Shown here: in pieces, positions 10,720 to 22,700 of the stretch | How positions within the stretch are numbered: the first letter of the stretch is position 1 | How the letters are laid out: every line of letters begins with the position of its first letter | Assembly (NCBI RefSeq): GCF_964355755.1 | Contig: NC_092678.1 | Location: forward strand, 20,229,365-20,293,364 | Direction of reading: 5' to 3' | From: Antedon mediterranea | Lineage: Eukaryota; Animalia; Echinodermata | DNA: 64,000 nt | Made by a program: the position numbers and the translations under genes | The notes under the pieces: model-generated | Seen by the model: the letters and a program-made list of their open reading frames with translations, nothing else | Databases searched by the model: none | Told to the model about the DNA's origin: nothing

Positions 10720-13700
10720 ATGGCATTGTCTTATTGCACTATTATATTTATATTTATCCAATCATCAATAATTATAGTCAATTCAAGTCCAGTTGTTCAA
10801 ATTAAGGTAGGTGTATAAAACCCACTATGACTCTAGGCCTAGCCTAGGCCTAGGCCTAGTAGCCTAGGCCTAGCCCTAGGCCTACTACACTACTACTACT
10901 CAGTCTAGGCCTACCTTACCTACTAATAAGTAGCTAGCTAGGCGTGGCTAGCGTACTGGAACGGAGTACAGTACAGTGTAACTGTAGGCTATAGGCTCAA
11001 GTTAGTGGCTAAAAAGGCCTAGCTAGCTAGGACTAGGTAGCTACCTACAGTAGGCCCCTAGATAGTAGTACTGTACTAGGTATGTGGGACTGAGTTGACT
11101 GTCGGTGTCACCAAGTTTGATATTGTTGTGATTTTAGGTCGGTGCTGGAATGGCCTGATAATGAAAGCTACTAGGCTTACCTTAGCAGTCCCGCTTGTCC
11201 TAAATCACACAAGTATCCGAAAGCAGTAAATCCAAATATCTTGGTCAATTCCGGTTGTGTCCGTTTCTCCTTGGTTCCTGCTTCGAATAGATCGGTTCGG
11301 CCGGCGTCGAGGCCTCACGTTAACATTTGCATACCCCCTGTATGCAAATCAAGGTATCGGGGCGACGCCCTCGTTCGGTCGGAGGGGTGGTCTGTTTACC
11401 CAGCGGGCGCCGTTCACAACACTCCTCCCGTGTTTGAAAAGCGGGCACCCCGTCCTGGGTCCACCTCGGGGGTAAACCAGGTGATTTTCGTACGTGAAAA
11501 AATACCCGATACCCGTAGCTATGTAGACTGCTCCCAACGATCTCTTCAGATAGTCAATGGCCGTGGGACATGCCGGTAGCACCGTCCCCTGCTTCCGTCA
11601 GCAAACGGCACCTGGTCCCTGTCTGAGAGAGAAGAGAAAATAAACGCGAGTACCTAATTGTTAACCGAGGACTTGCAGTCCGCACATCGATATAAGTCGA
11701 TGTCCAAGGCCTCAGATGGTGCAATATTCACACATGCACCATGGTACCACACCTCGCAATAATCACATTGTATCATAAATAAGCCGGCCCAGGGCTGGCG
11801 ACATAGACAATACAACGGTCCTGCATCCGGATCTGTAGGTGAAGAGAGAGGGGGTAAATGAAAATCAGCCAGCCATTTGGGAAGTTGTCGATCCCGACAG
11901 GGCTTCAGCTTATCATGATTTAACACCACCATCTTATTTCTCAGCTGCACCTGAAATAAACAAGAACTAATAACGTTAGTAATAATACCGGGCCCCTTCC
12001 AGGGGGGACACAATTTCTTGCACTTCCCCCGAGGGGTAGCGTTGTCAAGAACGTAGACCTTGTCCCCGCATTGGTATGGACGTTCCAGCACTCGAAGATC
12101 ATAGTCCCGTTTCATTCTCTTCTGAGTCTGCTTTAGCGTATCCCTAGCGATGCCATGGGCATCACGGGTCGCTTTCACCAAATCTGCAACGTAGATAGCG
12201 GCTTCCTGCTCATCAGTGGACCGGCATTCTCCGAACATGAGATCAGCTGGTAAATTAACCTCTCGGCCCAGCATCAGCATGTTTGGAGTAAAACCAGTCG
12301 AGCGGTTCACCGTGGCGCGTAGTGCACCAGCAATCTGCGGGAGATAGACATCCCAGTCTCGTTGTCTCTTCCCAACGAAGCATCGTACAGCATCCATAAG
12401 TGTTCGATTAAATCGCTCTACTTGACCATTAGCCGACGGTCGGTAGCTTGTCGTCCGGGTCTTGTGGATCTGTAAAACTTTACACAAAGATGCAAACAAT
12501 TCACTCTCAAAATTTCTCCCCTGGTCTGAGTGTAACTGAAAAGGTACACCGAATCTAGAGAAGAAGTCCCTTACTAGGGCTCTAGCGGTTACCTCCGCAA
12601 CCTGAGACGGGAGCGGGCTGATCTCAACCCATTTTGTGAATTGGTCGACCATCATAAGAACGTAAATATTCCCCTGTTCAGTTTTTGGTAACGGGCCGAG
12701 GAAATCGATATGTACGCGTTCCATGGGAACGCCGGCCTGGAATTCAGTCAACCGATGTCGACCTTGCCGAGTAGCCTTCTTGCTTCTATTACAAATATTG
12801 CAAGTCTGTACATACCTCTGTATATCCCCGCCCATACCGTACCAGAAAAACTTCTCCTTCAATCGGAACTTGGTCCGGGCGACCCCTTGATGACCCGCCG
12901 ACGGCAAATCATGATGTAACCTAAAAGCTACGGCGTGTAGCTCCTTGGGCAACACAAGTAGTCGTCCGGTACCCTCTGCTCGGTTGATGAACAGTATACC
13001 TGCTTCCGTGAGATGCAAGCGTTGCCTGTTCAGCCAGTAGTGTTTGGTGGCAGCGCTGGAGATAAACAGCTGATTCTCGGAGGGTTCCCCATTCCGCAAC
13101 CAGTCCAGAACAGGTGCCAAGTCAGGATCACTCGTTTGATGTTGCCGTAGCTCATCTAGTGAGTAACCCCAACACTCGGCTCCCTTCGGCCGTAGCTGTA
13201 CTGCAGCCACTCGTCCACCATCATCGTCCTGTAGGAAAGAAAACTGAATCGTACCGTTAGTAGCAGTCCGTGATACCTCTATACTTACTTGTCCACCGGG
13301 GTCCCAAGGAACATCGTCCCCTGGCAGAGTACCCTCCAGGTGGTCCACGGCTACCTGGTGTACGTGCGCGATGGGCACAACGTCGTCCACTTCATCCTGG
13401 AACGCTGACCATCTCGCATCCGCTCGTTGACAGTACGAACAGCCCCCACAGGGAAGCCCTTCAAGCGCAGGCCGTTCGTGGCTACTGTTATGAGTTTCGG
13501 GTCGGCGAGACAGAGCATCAGCGTTGCCATGGTGTTGCCCTCGGCGGTGTTCAATCAACAGGTGGTACTGGCTCAACTCCTCGATCCACCGAGCGAGTTG
13601 CCCCTGTGGCTGCTTGAAGTTGAGGAGCCAGGTCAGGCTGTTGTGATCAGTCCGCACTCTAAAAGGTCTGCCCAGAAGGTAGTGCCTAAAATGCCTTGTC

Positions 13701-16700
13701 ATGAACACAATTGCTAGCAACTCCTTGCGTGTAGTGCAATAGTTCCGTTGTTCATGAGTTAGACGAGCACTTGCGTATGCAATTACCTTCTCCTTACCTT
13801 CCTGCACCTGGAGCAGCTCGCCTCCTAGCGCTTGATCCGAAGCGTCGACATCCAGAATAAATTCATCAGTCCCGTTCGGCAAGGCGAGTAGAGGAGGTTT
13901 AACGAGAGCAGCTTTCAGGTCGGTGAACGCTTGTTGTTGTTCCTCATCCCAGTGAAACTTCACCTCTTTTTTAGTGAGTTCATATAGAGGTGCAGCTAAA
14001 CCAGCAAAGTTCTCAATGAACTCTCTATGGTAATTAGCCAACCCCAAGAACTGCTGTACTTCTCTCAGATTGGTAGGTGTCGGCCAGTCTTGAACAGCCT
14101 TTATATCCGAATCGGACACTGCCACCGTATCCTCCCCAACGATTCGCCCTAAAAATTCAACCTGTTTCTGAAAGAAAACACACTTTTTAGGTTTAAGTTT
14201 AAAGTTGTTAACACGAAATCGCTGCAGAACCTGAGAGAGGTTGCTGAGATGATCTTCAAACGTTTTACCTAGCACGACAATATCATCGAGAAATGCCAAT
14301 ACCGTATCCCACGCCAATCCCCGCAGCACCAAACCCATGGCACGGGAGAAGGTTGCAGGACAATTGGTAAGACCAAATGGCATTTTCACGAATTCATACA
14401 GGCCATGCTTGGTGATAAACGCTGTCTTCTTACGGTCTTCATCCTTCATCTTAATCTGCCAGTACCCCCAAATCGCGTCCAGTTTAGAAAACCAGATATT
14501 CCCCGACAGTGTGTCAAGGCAATCACGAATCAGAGGTAATGGATACGCATCTTTAGTCGTGATGTTGTTGAGAGCTCGATAGTCAATGCAAAAGCGCACA
14601 GAACCATCACGCTTCCGGACCAACACAGGCGGTGACGCCCATTCAGACATGGATGGTTGAATAACACCAGCCTCCAACATCTTCTTTATCTCCTTTTCCT
14701 CCTCCCCCACAAAGCGCAGAGGAGTATGGCGGAGCCGTTGCCTGATCGGTGAGGCATCTCCAGTGTCGATGCTGTGTTCAATATCACCAAAGGTGCCAAT
14801 GTCGAACTGATGAGCGGCGAAGACATCCTGGTAATCAACCAATAGTTTAGTGAGCGCGTCAGCCTCTTCACCTGAGAGATTAGATCTCGAAGAGTCCAAC
14901 ATGCCCACTAGGTGCGCCGGCACCCCCTCGGGTTGGTTACCGTCATCGTCCGCTTGATTCGACAAAGCATCCTCGGACGGAGTCACCCCCGTCTGGAACA
15001 CACTCACCCCTTCAGCTTCCCTGGCCGTACCTATCTGTCTACCCTTTTTCATAGTAAGATAGTGATCAGATGTGTTGATGACACAGATGCATGGCGCATC
15101 AGTGCGTAGATGTAAAGTTGCCGGTATCGCCACATCGTCAGTAGTTGGAACTGGCTCTATAAAGAAATCAGGCATAGATACATTGTTAGTCACAAGTTTA
15201 CATTTAACATGAGCGGCTGAGTGAGGAGGAATTACTCTCCGTTTAGCCACCGTTACCTGGGCAACCCTAGGTTCCACCGGTGAATCCCCTCTTAGAGATA
15301 TGGTACTGCCCCCAATTGCCAAAAGCAAATTTCCACAATCGATAACGGCTCCCTGTGGATGAAGAAAATCACCACCCAAGAGCATATCGTCATTGATGGG
15401 GGCAACATAAAAGAATTCATGGTACTCTTTGGTTCCCAATGTAAATTGTAGCGGCCCCACCTTCGACCCTGGCATAGATGTCCCCCTCCCTGCCAAAGTA
15501 AAGGACAGGGTGGACACCACAGGTGGTGCCGGATCTAGACTTTTATAAACCTTATCGGATAGTATGGTAAAATCCGCTGCAGTATCCACGACTGCGTCAA
15601 TTTTGGTACCATTGACAAAAGCAGTTGCATGCAACGCATTCAATGATTTTACCCTATTGATAACAATCCGGGTTTGAGTCTCTTCAGTTTTGGTTGTCGT
15701 CGGTGTAGATGATTCAATCAGCCCTGAGCTAATTGCAGACGGCTCAATGATCGTCACAGGATCCGGCGCTACCCCCTCTGTATTTACAGGCTTGGCCATC
15801 GGGCCTAGCTTGGGGATAGTCGACGAATCATCCTCTTTCTGGCCAGCTTCTGGAACCGGGTTAGGTCGTCGGCCCTCTGACCCAACCCTTACTCGTTTAA
15901 CGGATCCGGCTCATTGCCACTAACCTGACGCAAACGGCTCGCTAATCTCGGACACTCCCTGCGGAAGTGTCCCACCTCCTTACATTCAAAACAAGCCAGT
16001 TCGCCTGGTTTCAGGAAACGCATGAGCTGATCCAATTGATTCCGCATGGCGGCAATCCCCGTGTTCACGGTGTTCTCCACCCGTCCCAGATTGGTATTCA
16101 ACGTCTGGAAATTACCCTCCACAGTAGCCAAACGGGCTTCTGTAGTAGGAGTATTGTTGGTGGGTGGCACCGACGTCACAGTTCGAGGCTGGTTCTGGCC
16201 GTCAGTAGGTGCGGGTTCCGGAGGAACCCAAGCTGGTGCTGGCCTTTGAAACGTTACACGGTTTCCCCTCATAGGCCTCCCTCGCACCTGCTGAATGGAC
16301 ACCTCATCGCCAGTTTCACCCTCGGTATCGTCCTGGTCTTCTGAAGGTAGCTGAAAAGATAGTGGGGGTGCAAAAGAAGTACGGACCGTGGACCTAACAT
16401 GAGGTTTCACGGTATCCTTAACCTTACTCTTACGTTTACTATATAACCCCCTATAACTATCATATTTTTCAAACTCCCTAATAGCTCTGGGAATAGTTGA
16501 ACAGTGCTTGTGCATGACATGCCTACCTACTTCCGCATCCCTGCACCCAATGCAAAACCTAACTACGGCCTGCTCTTGGATCCACTCCTTGGGTAAATCC
16601 TTAAACGCCTTTCTAGTCAAGGTTAGCACTCTATCTCCCCATTCCTCTATAGTCTCTCCCTCATTTTGCGTAGCAGTCTCTAATTTAGCTTGGAGGACTG

Positions 16701-19700
16701 CGGGGAGCTCGTCCTCACTAAAACGTCGGTTGAAAGCTTTACTGATCTGCCTAAAGCCCAAATCAGCGTCCATTTCTATCAGATTCACATAGAACTCAGC
16801 CGCCGCCCCGTCTAAACACCAAGTAAGGACGTCCTTACTTTCACGGTTTGTGAGTTCCTGCTCCTCTATAAATGAAGCCAACCGCCGCTTAAAAAAGGAC
16901 CAGTTGTCTCCCCTCCCCCTAAACGTTAGAGACCTAGGTATATCTTTTTTACGCATCCTCCTACGTTCTAAAAAACCCTGCCGGCCTTCATAGTGCCTGA
17001 TTCTTGGGGTAGCCCTAAGACACTCCACTGCTGTCCTAGCCCCTGCACTATGTCTATCCGACTGTCTATCCGACTCTCTACTCCTGCTACTATCAGTATC
17101 AGCACCATCCCCACTAAGGTCACTATCGCTGGCTGATGGAGATCGCCGGCGAGCCCTAGTTTTAGACCTAGCGGTTTTAGATAGTCTCCTGGGGAGTCTT
17201 TCCTCCTCGTCCTCCCTAGAGCTAAAACACGAGTCTAAGGTTATCGGAGATGGCTTTTTGATGTAGCTCCTACGTTGTGTTGACCTATTCTTACTCCTAT
17301 CCTGGTCAGAACGGCCAGCGAAGGTGGATGGCGTATAAGCCCCAAGCCCACCTTCGAGATAACGAGGAACACTAACAGGTCCTGTAGTATAATACGTACC
17401 TGGTACGTCTAATAAAGGAGTAGCCTGGGGCGATGAGAGGACGTGGTATCGACCACTATGGCCCCCGTCATTTTTCCCCCGATATGCCCCTTCCATACCT
17501 ACAGATTGTGAGACCTGCGACCCCTTTCTGGCCGCTCTATTTTGCTTCTCCACTAGAGGTGACACATTATCAATCATCTGGCCTACGCCTCCCCCTAAAC
17601 TCGGATTCGGCTGAAAATCCAGGTAGTCCACCAACCTGGCAGTACCAGCTACTCCGTGTATCTGATTAATATTAGAGGGCGTAATGTTGCCATGGGTAGC
17701 CCGCCATTTAATTATTCTAGTTGCTCGTTTCTTCCCTACATTAGGGACTCCATGAAGATCTTGCACTGGGCAAAAGTTAACTAGAACCTTATTAGACGAC
17801 ATGATCTAAAAATCGTCTCTCTTCTATTGGGTTGTTATGCTCCTTAATCTAGTTACAGTGTATGGCAGATGTTATTAAGCAAAGAGTACGATACAAATTA
17901 AAATACCGCCAGACGTAATAAAAATTACAGGCCCAACAGTAGAATAAAATATCGTCAATGCAGTAACACACACACAATATTGCAAAATGGTTGTTGGAGA
18001 TGCAAATATAATAAAATATTTCACCAGCAAACCTGCAATGAGAAACAACTAGATTATTCAAAAAGACGTCAATACAGTTTAACAACACTTACCACTAAAC
18101 CTTCCCCCGATGCAAAGAAAGGAGAGCGATAATGCCACTGTGAGGTTAACACAATAATACGCACAGCCAATATAATTTCTCAAGATGAAAAACCTGACTG
18201 ACGGACGAAAAAGATGTTATCAATAAAAAACAATCAAATTTAAAATTAGTGGTGCCACTCAGTTCAACGGCCACGCCTAGTACCCTACCAGGTGATACGG
18301 CCTAATAAACTGTCCACTAATCCTTCAACTATAGCAAAATAAATACAACTCCCGGTACGCATCGACTACCCCGTCGATACGCTAATCAGCAAGTATCCAA
18401 ATGCCACAATACTGCGTGATTAACTTTACCGGTATGTTGTAATCTTCAATAAATATACCAACTTCAATAAACTAACAAATGCACCGTAAGTAAGTTAATA
18501 GTTTCAGCAGAGGACGAAATACCTCGCAATCAACCCGATCACGTTAAGAATGCCAGCTGGCAATCAAGGCACCCGCCTCCCCACCAAAAAAAAAGATTTC
18601 CGAGCTTTTGCTCGCAGCGCCAATGTTGTGATTTTAGGTCGGTGCTGGAATGGCCTGATAATGAAAGCTACTAGGCTTACCTTAGCAGTCCCGCTTGTCC
18701 TAAATCACACAAGTATCCGAAAGCAGTAAATCCAAATATCTTGGTCAATTCCGGTTGTGTCCGTTTCTCCTTGGTTCCTGCTTCGAATAGATCGGTTCGG
18801 CCGGCGTCGAGGCCTCACGTTAACATTTGCATACCCCCTGTATGCAAATCAAGGTATCGGGGCGACGCCCTCGTTCGGTCGGAGGGGTGGTCTGTTTACC
18901 CAGCGGGCGCCGTTCACAACAATATGGATGGACCATGGAGGTATACCTCCTTGTTGGATGGACCAAATTAACTATCTTCGATCTCTAGCTAGGCCTGGCT
19001 TTGTATTGTGAATTGTGTTGTTTGTAGCCTATCTACTGATATAAATTGTTCCTAATCTTTAATTTATTAACAGTCATAGTCATGCTAAATCTTCGCCCGG
19101 TATATACTGTAGGGCACTATTTAGTCTTATTCTAACCTTTTTATAGATATATTTTTCTTTTTTAAAATAAATTAAAATATTGTTAAACTTTTCATTCATC
19201 GCATCAACAACAAAACATAACAAAATACAAAATCATTATTTTCACATTTTTTTATTCAAAAAGTTTATAAAATACAATTAAAATAATTAAATGTCACAAT
19301 AACATTAAATATTATGTTAGCATATAATTGTACTTAATAACATTTTATATCATATACCGGGCAATACAGGGCAAGAATTAGCATGACCCAATTAATTAAA
19401 ATATTTATATTAAATTAAACCTACCTAGGGCCTTATTTATAGGTAATTATCATCATTAGATTAGATATTACAGTAATTTGCTGTTTTGGGTAGAACATAG
19501 AAATATTATAGTTTTCTATGAGTATACTATAACTAATAATACAAACGACTCATATGATGTACAATGATGTATACTGTAATCAACCAATCAAAGGGTGAAA
19601 ATTCAATGCTTGGTATCTTTGGTTTAATTGGCAGAAATGACATTACAAATACAAATTACACTATAAAAACCAGGGAGTTGTAAAATAACCAGGGAGTTGT

Positions 19701-22700
19701 AAAATAACCAGGGAGTTGTAAAATAACCAGGGAGTTGTAAAATAACCAGGGAGTTGTAAAATAATTTTATTTTACAACTCCCTGATAAAAACCATCGAAT
19801 AGGAAATGCACTCAGTTAAATAATAGGGTCATTCTTCAGCAAGTGTCTAAAATCGTGTCCCGATACTTTGGTGGGATAGAGACTGAAAATTCATCATTAA
19901 AAAATAAAAATTCTTGACTTAAATCATAATCAACAATATTGTAAATTATAATTAATTACATAAAACAAAGATAATTACATTGATATTGTTAATTTTTATA
20001 AAAATGTTTCAGGCAACCCCCTAAAATCCTATGTCCCGATCGTACATCTTCAATTTTATGATCGCCGTATATATTTGATAACAGAACTTTTGTAATATCG
20101 AAAATATTATAAAAAGTTAGTTAATCATGATATCATGCGATTATATTCTTTGAAATACATCTCTACATACATTAAATCTCAAACTTTAAAGTTTTTGTTT
20201 GGAAAAAGCTTGTCCCGCAGTTTTGTGTCATTTCCGTCACATAATTTAAATGTACCGTCTACAGTTTAATGAACGGCGGTGAACAAAATTGACTGTGCGT
20301 TGTAAACATACGAAGATATTGAAATTAAACTAGCCGCACATCATTTTCAATAAAAGAGGAAAAAAGCTAAAAAAAACGAGGTTTTAGAAAAATTACAGCT
20401 GCGTACCTTTATTGAATGTCATATCCGAACGGTATAGAACTCATTAAATAATTATAATTTCTGGTTTTTTTCAACTGGAAGTACAAGTTATTCACGGTAT
20501 CTAGAAGTATGCAATCCGTCTCCGCTGTCAGACATGCCTACGATGTGATCCTAGGCTGTCCAATGCTAAATACATCATCTCCGTCACGGTCAGCTCCGTC
20601 ACATTTCCCAATGTTTCGTTGTGACGGAGATGACGGCCCGTGACGGATATGACTTTTTGTTATTGCCAGGGCCTTTTTTTGTTGTACATTTTGTTTTGTA
20701 TATCTTTATTATGTTATTACATTGTATATCTATGTGACTCTGGTCAATAAACATAATCAAATCATATCTTAAAGTCATCTCCGTCACATGATTTTTTAGG
20801 TTCGTCATATCCGTCACGGTTTCATCTCCGTCACATGGATATTTTATCCTTTTAAATCCTAAAATATTTAAGTAATGAACGCAATTATGTGGTATATTGA
20901 AATATAAACAATATTCTTCTACTACTGTATGTCAATGGATAGTAATATTAGTTCAACAGAATTTTGTAAAACATCAGTGACAGTCATACTATTTTCTGAA
21001 AATTATTATTTTTTGGAACAGTAAATGGTTTTGAACGTATAACATCATAATAAATGTTAAAACAATCATTTTTTGATTAATAGAGACAAAAATAATATAT
21101 AGTATCAAAGAATAATGGAAACAATTTTATAATTCCTGAACCGTTATTTTTTCTACTGTATCTTTTTATATTCCATAAATGTGACGGAAATGACAGTAAC
21201 ATAGAACCATGTATTTATAAATACGAATAAAATACGAAATATATAATAAAGATTGTGCCAAACATACGCTTGCCATGTAATACATGTTCATTTATCTGAA
21301 TAAACTTTTAAAATTTTAAAAATGCAAATTTTAAAATTGATTTTTTTATAAACCTGAAATTAGACACTTACTGAAGAATGACCCAATAATTCACTGACAC
21401 AGGATTGATTGATTGATTGAATTGAAATTTATATTTATACTGGGTAACCTCTCTTCAGTCAAAGACTGGTCTCCCAGAGGGCCCAGTTGGTGATCAGTGG
21501 CTGTGATGTACTAATACACCGGGGTAACTCGTTCTACCACCAGAACCATGGAGTGAGTGAGCCTCGAACCCCTGCCGATGTTAAGGCTACTGTACGTAAT
21601 TACGGTTCCACTGTCTTAACCGCTCGGCCACTCACTCACTACCAAGATGTGCTTTACCAAAGTACTGTTTTAAGAAACATGAATGTATAAACAAATATGA
21701 CCTGTAGTTTGTAATTTTTTTTTTTAAATACACACCTGAGTGTATCATTTCTATTTAATTGGTTAATTGCATACTGTATCATGGGTTATTCAGTATTGGT
21801 TCTATTGAACGGAACAGTGATATTCAATCGTGAACGTGAATAATGAACGTTAATTGAACAAACCTTTAGTGTGTGCCACCTATAAAATGTTTTATTCCGT
21901 CGTGTTCAAAGTGTGACATTCATTCAAGGTAGAAATTAAATATTCTCTCTATTCACATTGAGATTTGAGAATTAAGATTATAATAAAATCAGACTTTGAA
22001 TAGGCCATTTTGCAGGTGAAATTTTTGTACTCCATGCCATTAGAAATAAAAACATAGAATAATGATTTCACTTTTTATACACTAAAAAGGAACAATTTGG
22101 TTAGATTTTAAAAACCCAACTCTAAAACAATTAGACTATTTTTTCTACAGTTTTAATTCAGGTAACTATTTTTTTTCCGATCTAATTTTTGGTCAATTTT
22201 TTTTAGTTATACAGTATGTGACATTAAAATTGCATATTTCAACCAAAAAAATGTTAAAATAAAAAAAAAATTGTTTAGCAATATTGGTAATCTAACTGAT
22301 TTTTTTGTCGAGAAACATAGTGTTGTATCATATTTTTTTATTTTAGAAATGTGTACAATAAGGTTGTTTTGTATAGCGTTTTGCTATGCAACACTGGTAA
22401 AATTATTGCCTGCGTTCAATATCATTTTTGTATAATGTAGACATAGCTAGTAGTCAATTAATGTTTAAATAATGAGTGGTTGACTTTTAATACTTAAATA
22501 AAATGTTCATGTTTAAAGTTATCTTTATGATTATCATTTCACAAACCTTGACATTATTGTGTGTGTCAAGTTTATAATAAAAGAAATTCTTTCTAATTGT
22601 TCGTTATGACCACAAGATACACAAGGGGTAGGAACGTGTATTGTTTAAGCTTCAACAGAAATCCCTAATATTGTATGCGAATGAACCCGTTAAATACGAT

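Larger units (their letters stand above)
11124..18921 (-). mobile_element. Intact Ty3/Gypsy LTR retrotransposon, 7798 bp, antisense in intron 1 of gene A
   Basis: Two 298-bp LTRs (TGTTGTG...CACAACA) at 11124-11421 and 18624-18921 appear identical. ATAT TSD at 11120-11123 and 18922-18925, plus PBS, PPT and uninterrupted gag and pol in PR-RT-RH-IN order. Confidence 0.98.

Noticed and set aside
11241-11579. ORFs overlapping the LTRs (also 18741-19011) and plus-strand ORFs within gag/pol
   Set aside because: They are GC-rich LTR or antisense shadow frames with no recognisable motifs.
11349-11582. env gene
   Set aside because: Only 77 aa from a GTG, running into the LTR, with no signal peptide, furin site or fusion-protein features.
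19670-19785. 19-bp direct repeats as CRISPR or iterons
   Set aside because: No spacers, no cas genes, and the context is a eukaryotic intron.
21550-21640. Functional tRNA gene
   Set aside because: The tRNA-like head has an irregular anticodon/variable region and continues into a SINE body and (CAAT)n tail without a T-run terminator.
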